Below are positions 16,609-26,992 of a stretch of 43,729 nucleotides of DNA, in pieces; position 1 is the first letter of the stretch; each line of letters starts with the position of its first letter. The notes beneath the pieces are model-generated. The model worked only from the letters and a program-made list of their open reading frames with translations, was not told where the DNA came from and did not search any database. Made by a program: the position numbers and the translations under genes. Origin of the DNA: a virus (Duplodnaviria; Heunggongvirae; Uroviricota; Caudoviricetes). The stretch lies in IMG/VR virus record IMGVR_UViG_2711768013_000010. One strand, written 5' to 3'.

Positions 16609-18652
16609 AGTTCCCTCCGTTCCAGACGTTCACATCCAGGCCATGCTGTGCGGTATCATCCACATCAATACTGCGCGCCCGCCAGCCTTCAGGGGCAACA
16701 AGCTCCACCCGTGCGGCGGTTTTCGCGGTGGCCTGTCCGCCGTTTTCGTCACTGCCGCCACGCAGTTTCTGCCAGGCCTGCGTCAGCCAGCCCCCCAGAT
16801 AATCACCGAGATAGCTGCCCACCGTGGAACCAATGGCAACCCCGACCGGACCGGCAGCCGCCCCCAGCGCGCCACCGGCGATACTTCCGGCAAGGGAACC
16901 CACGGCACCGGCTTTATCGGCTGCACTGGCGCTGCTGTCCAGCAGTACAGGAGCCGCCATGGCACCGGCCCACAGGGCACCACCACCCAGCCGACCGGCA
17001 CCACGGAACAGCCCGGCAAAACGCCCCAGCCCCATGCGGTTTCCGGCCGCCGTTAGCAGACCACCGGCACGGCTCATCATACGACCGAAGAAGCCCTGTT
17101 TACCGGCACTCTCCGCCAGTTGCTCACCGGCAGTCACGACGGTCGTGACACCCCGTCCACGTCCGGGGCCGCGTTTTTTACGGCCGCGCACGGTTTTGCC
17201 GTCACCGCTGACCACCACATCCCCGCCACCTGAGGCCAGGCCACCCGCAGGCCAATTGGTGACCAGCACGGGCTGAACGGCAGCCGGATTTACCCCGGTA
17301 AGGAAATTCAGGAACCGGCCAGCGCGTCCGGGCTGCGTTCCCGGTACAGTGGTCTGCGGTTTGCGGAAGGGCGACGTCAGCACGGAGGTCATCGCCATGC
17401 CATAGCGTAAGGGGGTTGCGCCGAGACGTAATGCCCCCGTCCCCGCAAACCTGAGCACCTTCAGCGCACGGGAGGCGAGATACATATACATCAGGTACTT
17501 TGCGGCGGTCTGCGCACCCTGACCAATGCGATCCAGCGCATCGCCATAACCGGCGTCGCGCAGTGCCTGAAGCGTTTCCCTGACTTTCTGAATGACCCGG
17601 TAAAAGCCGGTCGCAGCGTCTCTGGCATACTCAAATCCCTGATTCAGGGCTGAGGCCGTCTGTGTGGCCAGCTTATCCTGTAAGCCGCTTTTCTGTGCCG
17701 CATCAGCATAATCCAGAAAGCCTTTCAGGCTCTTTTTCAGGCTGTCAAACGGTCCCTTTGCCATCACCTCGCGGGCAAATCCGTCCCAGACATCGCCCAT
17801 CATGGACGTCATTCCCGTCCAGGAATTCATGGCGTTTTTCTGGGCACCTTTTGCCTGTTCGGCCATCACCTGAAATAACAGGCGAATGCTGTCCGGTCCC
17901 AGTTTTCCTTTCTCGCCTTTCTCACGGATGATCTTCTGGTTTACACCCAGCTTATCGGCCAGCAACTGGTAAACGTTAATCCCGTATCCGGTCAGAATAT
18001 TGGCGTCCGCTGCCTGGATACTCTGGCGGGCAAACATCTGTTTGAGTTGCAGGGACGCACCCTGTGCATCTGACAGTGACCAGCCGTGATAGCCGCCCTG
18101 ATCCTGAAGCATGGTAATAAAGCGACGGGCTTCCCTGTCACTCATACCGAACCCGCGACTGGAGGCGTATTCCTGCATAACCCCCGCCAGCCCCCAGGTG
18201 GTGTCTTTGGCGTTCTGTACCGCCCAGGCTTTCACTGCTTCCGTTTTTGCCGTATCGCCATGATTAATGGCGTTGAGACGCAGAATATAGTTCTCCATCT
18301 CTGCGGCCGGGCGGATAAAGGCTTTATTAAACCCGTAGACCGCAGCCCCTCCCGCCAGCATCCCGTAAAGGTTGCTTATCCGCCCGATGGTGCCGGTAAT
18401 GCTGCCCTGAAGGCGGTCAAAATCTGACGTCACCGTGCGGATACTGCCACGAACACCGGCAAGCGTTCGCTGCATACGGGAGCCGACAAGTTCTGTCTCC
18501 TGACCGGCACGACGTGCTGCATTTCCAAGACCACCCAGCCCCGTCCTGCCGGAACGGGAGAATGCCCCCAGCTCCTGTGACCACTGGCGGGATTTGGCAG
18601 AAATATTGCCGAGTAAATCGACAATCAGGGAGGCTTTCAGGTTTTTTGCCAT
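16595..18652 (-). CDS. tail tape measure protein (Mu gp42)
   Basis: 685-aa ORF with Gly/Ala-rich low-complexity C-terminal half, located between tail chaperone and N. Confidence 0.85.
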   Translation of the reverse strand: MAKNLKASLIVDLLGNISAKSRQWSQELGAFSRSGRTGLGGLGNAARRAGQETELVGSRMQRTLAGVRGSIRTVTSDFDRLQGSITGTIGRISNLYGMLAGGAAVYGFNKAFIRPAAEMENYILRLNAINHGDTAKTEAVKAWAVQNAKDTTWGLAGVMQEYASSRGFGMSDREARRFITMLQDQGGYHGWSLSDAQGASLQLKQMFARQSIQAADANILTGYGINVYQLLADKLGVNQKIIREKGEKGKLGPDSIRLLFQVMAEQAKGAQKNAMNSWTGMTSMMGDVWDGFAREVMAKGPFDSLKKSLKGFLDYADAAQKSGLQDKLATQTASALNQGFEYARDAATGFYRVIQKVRETLQALRDAGYGDALDRIGQGAQTAAKYLMYMYLASRALKVLRFAGTGALRLGATPLRYGMAMTSVLTSPFRKPQTTVPGTQPGRAGRFLNFLTGVNPAAVQPVLVTNWPAGGLASGGGDVVVSGDGKTVRGRKKRGPGRGRGVTTVVTAGEQLAESAGKQGFFGRMMSRAGGLLTAAGNRMGLGRFAGLFRGAGRLGGGALWAGAMAAPVLLDSSASAADKAGAVGSLAGSIAGGALGAAAGPVGVAIGSTVGSYLGDYLGGWLTQAWQKLRGGSDENGGQATAKTAARVELVAPEGWRARSIDVDDTAQHGLDVNVWNGGNYGLY

Positions 18653-18779
18653 GGGTTACTGCTTCGTTCTGAGAATTTTTTCGGTCTGTCGGCAGTGCCG
18701 GTAAAGCTGCGATAAGGGGAGGTTAAGCGCCCACTCCGGGCCGCTTTTTGTCACCATCCCCAGCACAATTGCGGCTTCT

Positions 18780-19256
18780 TCAATCTGATCCCGGCACTGC
18801 ATCTGGTCGCCCCCGTTCAGCGACCAGCTTTCCGGCCATCGCGGAATCAAGCAGGCTTACTGCCGCCATCAGTCGGGAGAGATCGCGCTCGCTGAGCTGT
18901 CCTATCTGACGCGGAGACAATGGCCCCTCAATCTGGCCGACAGCGGCAATCTGACGGCGCAGCAGCGCAATGCCGCGCAGTGCCGGTGAGGCCACAAGAA
19001 CCGGACCGTTTCGGGTTTCCATAAGACGCTCGGCCTCGCTCTCCGCATCAATGCTGTCTTTTGCCGTCAGTTCGCGGAAGGTGACGCGGTATTCACGGGA
19101 TTCCCCGAACGGCAGACCGTCGAGCAGATCCACATAGCCGTTCGCCAGTTGTTCAGCCAGCCCGGCGGTGCGGGGATCGCCGTCTTCAAGTGCATCCCGG
19201 ATAGCCTCCATCACGGCCTCGTCAGAAACCGCCGTTTTTTTCTTACGTGTGCTCAT
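18780..19256 (-). CDS. tail assembly chaperone (Mu gp41-like)
   Basis: 158-aa acidic ORF between tail tube and tape measure. Confidence 0.6.
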   Translation of the reverse strand: MSTRKKKTAVSDEAVMEAIRDALEDGDPRTAGLAEQLANGYVDLLDGLPFGESREYRVTFRELTAKDSIDAESEAERLMETRNGPVLVASPALRGIALLRRQIAAVGQIEGPLSPRQIGQLSERDLSRLMAAVSLLDSAMAGKLVAERGRPDAVPGSD

Positions 19257-19270
19257 TACATTTTTCCTGA

Positions 19271-19636
19271 TTACTGGACACGGGTACTGGTGGCGCTGGC
19301 GAACTTCGCGGAGATATCACCACCACCGTCAAGCGAGGCCGGTTCACTGCTCCAGGCCTTCGTCATCATGTGGACTTCACCGGTATCGGCCACGAACTCA
19401 ATCGTGACCGCAGTCCAGGTGTTGATTTCATCGGCAGCCGGTGAACCTTCTCCGCCCGCCGGGAATTTACAGTCCAGCGTCGCCTCACGGGGTTTCTCGC
19501 GATAGCCGTAAACTTTCGCGCCTTTCACCACTTCACGCTCAAAGCCGGACGGGGAGAACGTGGCCCCCTCAAGGGTGTCGTACTCCTGCCCGTTCACACG
19601 GATGGTGGCCGTGCCCTGATACTGTTTTCCGCTCAT
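19271..19636 (-). CDS. tail tube protein (Mu M)
   Basis: 121-aa ORF immediately downstream of the sheath gene. Confidence 0.85.
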   Translation of the reverse strand: MSGKQYQGTATIRVNGQEYDTLEGATFSPSGFEREVVKGAKVYGYREKPREATLDCKFPAGGEGSPAADEINTWTAVTIEFVADTGEVHMMTKAWSSEPASLDGGGDISAKFASATSTRVQ

Positions 19637-19644
19637 GCCTTACC

Positions 19645-21147
19645 TCACAAAATGAAACGGATCTGCGCGGCCATGAAGCGGAACTGGTTAACCAGATCCG
19701 GTGTACACATCACATCCAGACGGTTACGGTCTTTTGTGTTGCGCTCCACGAGCAGATTCTTTTTAAAGGTGTCCAGATTTTCGACCAGTCCCAGATCCAC
19801 CCATTCTTCCCCCAGCGAAATTAACTGAAGTTTCATGATCTCCGGTGTCACGATATTCTGACCGGCACGAACGGGCGTCCCGTCATCAGCCAGTTTATGG
19901 CGCGGAAAACGCTGCGTGATAAAGGTGCGCAGGGAATAACGCAGATATGACAGGGTGTAGATGGTTTCCACATCCAGATAGCTGGGATCGATTTCGCCGT
20001 ATGCATTCTGACGGTACATCGTCACCTGACGTTCAATCTGCACCACATCCGCGGCCGCGACGGTCACCGTGGACATGCCGGTATAAAGCAGGCTGTTTCG
20101 CTCTTCCCGCGTCAGACGATCCGGTGCTTCAGGTGCCATACGGGCAGGCAGCGCCAGTGTCTGTAATGGTCGGGCCGGATCCGTTGACAGGGAGGGCGCA
20201 CAGACCGCACAAATGGAGGCAGCCCAGACATAATCCGGCTCTGGTGCTTTAGGAATAGAAGTGCAGGTAAACAGGAAGTCATTACGGGATTCACCAAAAC
20301 TGGTTGCCGTACCGAAGGTGCCGGTATGCGCCATCCAGACCATACCGTCCGACATTTTTACCGGTCCCCAGCGTTTCAGCAGTTCATCCGCCAGAATTTT
20401 GAGATTTGCCGCATCCTTATAGGGCATGACGATGTAGTTGTACTGACGATTCCCCATCCCTGAGACGCTACGGGTGATATCGGGGTTTGTTGCCTTCTGT
20501 GTTGGCGCGACGAGCTCCAGCGTAAGACCGGCCGGTGTAGTTTCACCGTCATAATAGTTCACCCGTAAATCATGAGCTGAGCATTCACCGATAAAGCGGG
20601 CGTTAACCCCCATGCTGCCTTTAAGTCCTTCAGCATTATCACCACTGACTTCAGCTGCGATAGCAGTGAATGGCGCATCAGTGTCAGCGTTAATGACCTT
20701 AGCCAGCTCTTCCACAAGCTCTTTACCTTTTTTCCCCTTACTGACGGGCAGGAGGTAACGGCGACCGCCGATGTAAACACTTAACACCCCGTCTGCCAAT
20801 GCTGTTCCAATGATATTCATCACGCATGCCCTGGACTGACCTGTTCCAGCCCCCTGTGCAATGGCATATAACTCTGTGTCAGGGTTAATGGCGATAAATT
20901 CCTCTACCATCAGTGCAATCATGGAACCTCGCCCCCAGAGTTCTCTTGCTTGTGAAGCTCGGGTAATACGTACTGGTACATCAAGCTGACCGCGCCCCTG
21001 AATGGTAGTGTCTTTCATTGCAGCCTGACCAAACAACAGTACCGCCTGACGCTGTGGTGGAGTGCCGGTCACGGCCATTGAATTATTGATTTCAATCTGT
21101 ACCAGCGGAATGCGATTGTTATCGCCGATATAATCAAAGTTAATCAT
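19645..21147 (-). CDS. contractile tail sheath protein (Mu L)
   Basis: 500-aa ORF, sheath family by recognition; synteny. Confidence 0.9.
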   Translation of the reverse strand: MINFDYIGDNNRIPLVQIEINNSMAVTGTPPQRQAVLLFGQAAMKDTTIQGRGQLDVPVRITRASQARELWGRGSMIALMVEEFIAINPDTELYAIAQGAGTGQSRACVMNIIGTALADGVLSVYIGGRRYLLPVSKGKKGKELVEELAKVINADTDAPFTAIAAEVSGDNAEGLKGSMGVNARFIGECSAHDLRVNYYDGETTPAGLTLELVAPTQKATNPDITRSVSGMGNRQYNYIVMPYKDAANLKILADELLKRWGPVKMSDGMVWMAHTGTFGTATSFGESRNDFLFTCTSIPKAPEPDYVWAASICAVCAPSLSTDPARPLQTLALPARMAPEAPDRLTREERNSLLYTGMSTVTVAAADVVQIERQVTMYRQNAYGEIDPSYLDVETIYTLSYLRYSLRTFITQRFPRHKLADDGTPVRAGQNIVTPEIMKLQLISLGEEWVDLGLVENLDTFKKNLLVERNTKDRNRLDVMCTPDLVNQFRFMAAQIRFIL

Positions 21148-21425
21148 CAGGACGTCCCCTTATCTGATGCTGCGGTTTTTTCAGCCACCGCCGCAGTTTT
21201 TTCTGCTACCGCTCCCGCTGGTTTTGCCGCCGCGCCGGTATTAGCAGTTGTGGCAGCCGGGGCAGGCTCCGCCGTTTTATCCACCACAATGACGTCGCCA
21301 TCATTAAGACGGCGGCACCAGAACGGAGTGAAGGGTTTCTCTTCCCCGTCCTGAGAGAGCGGAGTCATCGTGTCGGGATCGCGGATCAGGCATCCCGGCG
21401 CAGGTTTAATAAAAATGGTTGTCAT
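21147..21425 (-). CDS. DUF2635-like small protein (Mu gp38)
   Basis: 92-aa ORF with Ala/Thr-rich C-terminus, directly upstream of sheath gene. Confidence 0.6.
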   Translation of the reverse strand: MTTIFIKPAPGCLIRDPDTMTPLSQDGEEKPFTPFWCRRLNDGDVIVVDKTAEPAPAATTANTGAAAKPAGAVAEKTAAVAEKTAASDKGTS

Positions 21426-21428
21426 CTG

Positions 21429-21992
21429 TTATTCCTCTGACAGTCCGGCGTTTTCACCGGCGGCAGTTGCACCAGGCAGACGGATGTGTGCCTTAAATTC
21501 CGGCGTGCCTTCCGGTTCGGTAAAGGTTTCGTAATGGCGCAGGAAATCATCCAGCGAGCTGATATCCGTCAGCGGGTCGATCATTTCCTCGCATGAGAAA
21601 TACAGGGCGTACATCACGGCACCGCTGCCTGCCTGCGTTTCGGTGTAACCGTTGACCGCCTTTTCAAAGTAAAGCGGTGAGGTTTTTTCTGCTCTGAAGC
21701 CGTCCAGCACGGTAATCAGGCGGGCCACAATCTGATAAAGCCCGGGACGGCTGACCTCACGGCCATTGAGCATGTCGCCGATGACGTAGAACACCCAGTG
21801 ACTGACCAGACGCCCACGGGTACGCCCTTCACCGGCACCCAGCCAGGCAACATAGATAGCCGGGGCGTTAATCAGCATGGTGCGCAGTACGCTGTCGCTC
21901 CAGTCGCCGGGATGTGTGTCAACAGACACCAGTTCATTCCCGAAATACTCACGGATACGGGCGATGTACGCCTGCTCGGTTTCCGTAATCAT
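21429..21992 (-). CDS. neck/tail completion protein (Mu gp37, K-like)
   Basis: 187-aa ORF in head-tail joining region. Confidence 0.65.
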   Translation of the reverse strand: MITETEQAYIARIREYFGNELVSVDTHPGDWSDSVLRTMLINAPAIYVAWLGAGEGRTRGRLVSHWVFYVIGDMLNGREVSRPGLYQIVARLITVLDGFRAEKTSPLYFEKAVNGYTETQAGSGAVMYALYFSCEEMIDPLTDISSLDDFLRHYETFTEPEGTPEFKAHIRLPGATAAGENAGLSEE

Positions 21993-22408
21993 ATAAAGCC
22001 CTTCTGGTTGCGCCCGAACACCGCCGCATCAGACTGCACCTGCGGTAAATCCCCGGATTCAGGGGCCGCACCGTCTGTATCCACGCCGACCGGCACGTTA
22101 CCGTTCATGACATCTTTCAGCCAGGCCAGCGCCTCACGGTAACGGTCACGCGCCTGATCGGATGCCCGCTGATCGCACAGGTAATAAAAGGCAATCGTGC
22201 AGCAATGCTGAACAAGGACCGCCGGAACCACCGCCAGCGGCAGCGTGTAACGGGAAGACAGATAGCTGTCGATAAGGGCAGACGCGTCCGTCAGTGCCCG
22301 GTTCAGCTTGCGCGTGTCCGGTTCATCCGAACGGGGCACGGCCAGTAATGGCCTGAGCAAATCCTCGCGGTAACGTGCCCGCATATCGGTTTCGGTGGCG
22401 TAATTCAT
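21989..22408 (-). CDS. head-tail connector protein (Mu gp36, DUF1320-like)
   Basis: 139-aa ORF in head-tail joining region. Confidence 0.65.
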   Translation of the reverse strand: MNYATETDMRARYREDLLRPLLAVPRSDEPDTRKLNRALTDASALIDSYLSSRYTLPLAVVPAVLVQHCCTIAFYYLCDQRASDQARDRYREALAWLKDVMNGNVPVGVDTDGAAPESGDLPQVQSDAAVFGRNQKGFI

Positions 22409-22764
22409 GCGCGCGCCTTTTTCGCCTGTCTGGCGTTATTGCCGGTCTTTTTCCGGGGAGCATCCTGTACGGTTTCGGCTTCGGCTAAATCTGCACCGGT
22501 CTCTGCATGAACCACACCCGCCACGGCTCCCGCATCATCACCAGGCGTCTGTAGTATTCGTACAGTGAGGCATGGCTCCGCTTCCAGTCGGGCAAGCTGC
22601 TCCGGGGTGACGTCAACCTGCTGGCGTCCCCGCATGAACAGGAACCCCGCACGACGAAAATGCGTACGACTGCAACGCACTTCTGCCAGTACCGTGACAG
22701 GACTGTCACCACTGACCTGAAGGCCTGAATCATCTGTTGCTGCCACAGTGTGATGTTCATTCAT
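22405..22764 (-). CDS. hypothetical head protein (Mu gp35 position)
   Basis: 119-aa ORF directly downstream of the major capsid gene. Confidence 0.5.
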   Translation of the reverse strand: MNEHHTVAATDDSGLQVSGDSPVTVLAEVRCSRTHFRRAGFLFMRGRQQVDVTPEQLARLEAEPCLTVRILQTPGDDAGAVAGVVHAETGADLAEAETVQDAPRKKTGNNARQAKKARA

Positions 22765-22807
22765 ATTTGCCCTCCGCAGGGGCCGGGCCGTAAGCCCGGC
22801 TCACCGT

Positions 22808-23755
22808 TTACAGATAATCCGCGACAACCAGCTCCAGCTTGCCCTTCATCTCGTTAGAGACTGTGGCGTTACCGTCTGCGAACAGCTCGCGCTCCAGCAG
22901 CTGCACCGCCTGTTTTTCCAGCGAGGTGGGGACAACAATATGGGTGGGTTTGATGCCGAGTTTGCGGCCACCGTCAGCCTTAAAGTCACGCATGGCTGAC
23001 CAGCCGTGCCACAGCGCATCCAGCGTCAGCGGTGACTGCATCATGTAGGCCATCTGCCAGAAGCCGTAGCCCACATTGCGACGGGCGGAAGCACCGAACA
23101 CAAACTCGTTATCAGTAAACGCACGGCCTTCATCGACTTTTGTCTGGGCAACCAGTTCGGCTTTGCGGCGATCCTGATAAATCAGCGGTTTTACCGCGCG
23201 GGAGCAGTCAAGCAGATACCAGGCCGGGCCGCTGTAATCCGCCTGTGCACCGACAGAGCCGGTTTTTGCCACAAACATATTGCTGACCATCTGTGCATCA
23301 CCGGAGCCATCCACTTTGGGGTAAACAGGGTGTTCGGTATCAAAGAAGTTCTGGCCGTCATAGCAGGCCGCATTCAGACCATCACGCAGTGCAGCAAAGA
23401 CCAGTTCATCCGGTTGTGCCGCAGCGGCACGACCCATTTCCTGGAATAACGGGGAGTAGATGCCGAGATTGTCGTCTTCAAAGTCATCGCGGCTAATGGC
23501 AACGGTGCCTTCAAAGGTTTTGTTCACGATGGCGTAGCCATAGGCTTTCATCTTCTCGATGACGCGGGAGCCGATCCACTCACGGAACTGCGGGAACTGC
23601 CCCAGCCAGCCGTAGGTGTTGGATTTCGAGGTGGACGGCACGGTCATCGCAATTTTCTGGTACTGCGACGGAGCCATGGACATCCCGGCCTGAAAATCAG
23701 AACGGTAGCCCGTCATCAGGGCGGTGATCATCGCCGGTGTAATCGGGGTAGGCAT
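22808..23755 (-). CDS. major capsid protein (Mu T)
   Basis: 315-aa ORF, Mu-like major head subunit by recognition; follows protease/scaffold gene. Confidence 0.85.
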   Translation of the reverse strand: MPTPITPAMITALMTGYRSDFQAGMSMAPSQYQKIAMTVPSTSKSNTYGWLGQFPQFREWIGSRVIEKMKAYGYAIVNKTFEGTVAISRDDFEDDNLGIYSPLFQEMGRAAAAQPDELVFAALRDGLNAACYDGQNFFDTEHPVYPKVDGSGDAQMVSNMFVAKTGSVGAQADYSGPAWYLLDCSRAVKPLIYQDRRKAELVAQTKVDEGRAFTDNEFVFGASARRNVGYGFWQMAYMMQSPLTLDALWHGWSAMRDFKADGGRKLGIKPTHIVVPTSLEKQAVQLLERELFADGNATVSNEMKGKLELVVADYL

Positions 23756-24888
23756 TATTGCATTTCCTCTTTCATTTTCAGGAACTCGGCTTCGGTTTTA
23801 CCCAACAGACGTGCGGCGGCGATATCTTCAGCCGACAGCACAGCGGTGGCGGTCTTTTTATCCGGCACGGTTACGGTGTCGGTCTGAAGAGTGGTCAGAG
23901 CCGCAACCGGCTGGCGGGCGTCAAGCTGTGCAGAAAGTGCCGCGACGCCAATCTGTTGTCCGAGTCCTTCCATGTATCCGCGTTCGCTTTTGAAAATGCG
24001 TCCTTCGGACTCGGCCTTATCCAGCAACTGCTCCAGCGTGGTGCTGCCGTGTTGTGCCGACAGCGCGGCATATTCGGTACGCAGGGCGTTATACGTCTCA
24101 ACGGGCACATATTTCGTCAGATCAATAGTGCCGCCAGTTGGTGTGCCTTTTGCGGTTTCCAGTTCTGCCGACAGGCTGGCAACCTGCGTTTTCAGGGTGT
24201 CGTGCGCATCCGCACGGGTTTTGATCCCGGTAAGGGCAGACAGCGCCGCCGTGCCCAGTTCCGGTGTAAATTCGTCACCGTCAGCCACGGTCAGACCGAG
24301 CGCCGTCAGCAACTGGCGTAATTGCTCATTCATGGGGGATTGCTCCTGAGAAGGGGAAACGACATAGAGATCATCAGCACTGAGTGCCGCGACAGGGTTC
24401 ATACCCGTAATACCCGGATCATTCGTCAGGGAAGCCATGCGCAACAGGTAGGGTTCCCCGGTGTCAGCGAAATAATGCATATATGCAGACAGATAGGCAT
24501 ATTCACGGTCATCAATATGTTTTTGTGCCTGTGGTGTCCATTCAGGTTTAATGAAAATCCCCTGACCCTCACGCCATTCGATGTTTTCCGGCTTAACCCA
24601 TCCTGCAGCAATAGCCTTGAATCCGTTTTTCTGCGCATTCACGGAGTGATGGTCATAATCAATCAGTAACGGCTGATGCAGGGCGGAAAGCCCGGCTTTC
24701 ATCCGGTTACAGGCGGATTCGTTAATCAGCCAGCCTTCAGTCGGTTTTTCCGGGCGACCGTCACGGGCCTTTACCCGACCGGCTGGCAGTAACTGACACC
24801 ATCCGTCGCCGGATGCAGTCAGCGAAGCTGAAAGCACGGCTAAACCGGAGGGGCGATTTGCGTCTTTTGGGTGATTTTCTGTCTTCAT
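23755..24888 (-). CDS. head maturation protease / scaffold (Mu I)
   Basis: 377-aa ORF upstream of and abutting the major capsid gene. Confidence 0.8.
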   Translation of the reverse strand: MKTENHPKDANRPSGLAVLSASLTASGDGWCQLLPAGRVKARDGRPEKPTEGWLINESACNRMKAGLSALHQPLLIDYDHHSVNAQKNGFKAIAAGWVKPENIEWREGQGIFIKPEWTPQAQKHIDDREYAYLSAYMHYFADTGEPYLLRMASLTNDPGITGMNPVAALSADDLYVVSPSQEQSPMNEQLRQLLTALGLTVADGDEFTPELGTAALSALTGIKTRADAHDTLKTQVASLSAELETAKGTPTGGTIDLTKYVPVETYNALRTEYAALSAQHGSTTLEQLLDKAESEGRIFKSERGYMEGLGQQIGVAALSAQLDARQPVAALTTLQTDTVTVPDKKTATAVLSAEDIAAARLLGKTEAEFLKMKEEMQ

Positions 24889-25065
24889 ACCGGCAGCATA
24901 AGCCGGGTATTTTTGGGGCTGGTTTTGCGGGACTTCAGAAAGTGCTGACAGGGGGGGAATGAGAAAGGCGCTTCACGCAGATTTTAAAGCCCGTTAAATA
25001 CAGGTTAGAAAATCACGACACGCGCCTGAAGGGGGTAAGGTAATACGTTTGCATACCTTAAACCA

Positions 25066-25539
25066 TTACGGCGTTTCTGTGGCCTTTTTAAAGCGTTTTC
25101 TGATTTCGTCCATGATCTCCTGTTCTGCCACCTGATCAAAGCCCATATACGGACGTGCGCCAATGGCCGCCGGTCCCGGTGGCATACCAGGCAGGCCACC
25201 CCACTGATGAATGGCTGCATAAGGTTCATTTGATCCAATCAGCGCCCAGGTATCGCCATAATCCGTGGTCAGGCGGCGGGCCAGATCGCCGTTCAGCGTC
25301 AGGATTTTGCCGGGCGTGTATCCCTTACGGGTACGCCACTCACGGTAAGGATCTGACCAGTCATGCCAGCGTTCACCATCCGGCTCTTTTTCCTGCTCAA
25401 ACGCCATTTCTGACGATGACAGAAGACTCGCCGCCACACTGCGGGCCAGGTCTTTTCCGCCGCCCACAAACTGAAGCCGGGCAAACACTCGCTGGAGACG
25501 CGTAACGTCAACAACGACAGCTGCATCAATGGATGACAT
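25066..25539 (-). CDS. virion morphogenesis protein (Mu G)
   Basis: 157-aa ORF between F and I. Confidence 0.7.
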   Translation of the reverse strand: MSSIDAAVVVDVTRLQRVFARLQFVGGGKDLARSVAASLLSSSEMAFEQEKEPDGERWHDWSDPYREWRTRKGYTPGKILTLNGDLARRLTTDYGDTWALIGSNEPYAAIHQWGGLPGMPPGPAAIGARPYMGFDQVAEQEIMDEIRKRFKKATETP

Positions 25540-25660
25540 ATTGCCTCCGCATAAAGGATGAATATAAAATAAACAGGCGGTCAGTGTACGCTTAACTGGT
25601 AAAGTCGGTGCCTGCCTCCGGGTGGATCATGTATGCGGGTTCGACCCCCGCCACTGACCG

Positions 25661-26992
25661 TTAATCAATTTGTCCTTCCAGCACCTCAAGCATTCCGCCC
25701 CGGATATCCGATTTCAGCTTATCCATATTGATAACCCGGTAAGCATTCACAATCACATCCAGTTTGTCGGGCTGACGTTTCAGACTGTACGGTGCATTAA
25801 CGGCAATCTGCACACTGCCATCCTGATTTTCCACGATATACATCAGATTGTTGTGCCGTTTGTCCCACAGTACCGCTTTTGGCCTTGCCAGCATTGCCGG
25901 TAAGCGCCCGAAGTCCTCCGGCGTCAGAGCGATGCCGTCATTCTGATGTTTCACACTGTCCGCATGGAGCACATTTTTACCGCTCATCGCCAGCAGGCGG
26001 GCCGGTGGCGTTCCCGTCCGGCTTTCCACTGCCTGCGCAATGCTTTCAGTCATAAAGCCCAGCGTGCGGATATCGTTACCACCTCGCCGGGTCTGCATGA
26101 TGTTTTTTGCCCAGATGCGGAACGCCAGCTGCCGCTCCGGGCTGTTGTTCATCTCCTGAACCACCATTTCCCGTAACGCCGGGCTTTTCACCTCGATCAG
26201 TTTGCGGATCAGCGCCTGGTCTGTGCCGAACGCTGCCGAGCCGGGGTTATATGACCAGCCCACATCCGGTGTCATGGTTCTGGCGCCATCTGAATATGTG
26301 GTCACCGGCATTTCTCTGACTTCTCCGGTCTGTTTATCCACGCCAGCCTCAACATTGCGGGTGGAGAGATGATCCTCACCGGATGAAACGGATAACCCCA
26401 TTGCATCCAGACGGGCCTGAGACAATGGCCGCACACGGCAGCGGCAGTTCCAGCCATTGGGCGGGTAGTGTGTTTTCCAGAACGGATCGTCATAGCGGAA
26501 TACCAGACCGTTAAGGGCGGAATGCGACGGGCGGGTACGGCTGTCCATGACCGCCACATACTGCCAGAACGGATGCGTGTCCGTGTTGTTCATCATCTGC
26601 GTGTAACGCCCGGCATTGTAAGCCACACGGGTGTTCACGTTGTAAATCAGCGCCAGACGACGGGGACTGCCCTGCTGCACTTCTTCCGCGTTACCGTCGC
26701 TGTCCACCACAATCTGCTTTCCCCACCATCCCAGCTTTTGCAGGCGTGGCGTCAGTGTGCGGATAAATTCTTTCTGTGAAATCCCCTCATCAATGGCCCG
26801 CTGCACTTCGGCCTGTAATGTGGTTACCACATCCAGCCGTGCCGTTTTTGCTGCCGTGAATGAGCGGGCATGAACATCCGCGTCTGTTTCGAACCAGTTC
26901 CAGCTGATATGCGCCCCTTTGGCGCGGAAGTATGCCACCGTCTCTTTTGAGGGAAGCGTGGCGGCATAACCTAAATCAATCCCCTGAGCCAT
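25661..26992 (-). CDS. minor head protein (Mu F / SPP1 gp7 family)
   Basis: 443-aa ORF immediately downstream of portal. Confidence 0.8.
   Translation of the reverse strand: MAQGIDLGYAATLPSKETVAYFRAKGAHISWNWFETDADVHARSFTAAKTARLDVVTTLQAEVQRAIDEGISQKEFIRTLTPRLQKLGWWGKQIVVDSDGNAEEVQQGSPRRLALIYNVNTRVAYNAGRYTQMMNNTDTHPFWQYVAVMDSRTRPSHSALNGLVFRYDDPFWKTHYPPNGWNCRCRVRPLSQARLDAMGLSVSSGEDHLSTRNVEAGVDKQTGEVREMPVTTYSDGARTMTPDVGWSYNPGSAAFGTDQALIRKLIEVKSPALREMVVQEMNNSPERQLAFRIWAKNIMQTRRGGNDIRTLGFMTESIAQAVESRTGTPPARLLAMSGKNVLHADSVKHQNDGIALTPEDFGRLPAMLARPKAVLWDKRHNNLMYIVENQDGSVQIAVNAPYSLKRQPDKLDVIVNAYRVINMDKLKSDIRGGMLEVLEGQID

Noticed and set aside
16351-17276. Long plus-strand ORFs (265 aa, 154 aa, 150 aa) rich in Pro/Arg/Ala overlapping the tape-measure gene
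   Set aside because: They are antisense to a well-supported minus-strand gene in a very GC-rich, low-complexity region; such frames stay open by composition alone.
25580-25660. tRNA-like motif between G and F: GCGGGTTCGACCCCCGC resembles a tRNA T-arm and is flanked by a 7-bp GTCAGTG/CACTGAC pairing at acceptor-stem distance
   Set aside because: I could not fold the intervening 46 nt into D and anticodon arms; no 5-bp stem with a 7-nt loop fits. Most likely a GC-rich hairpin or a decayed fragment rather than a functional tRNA.
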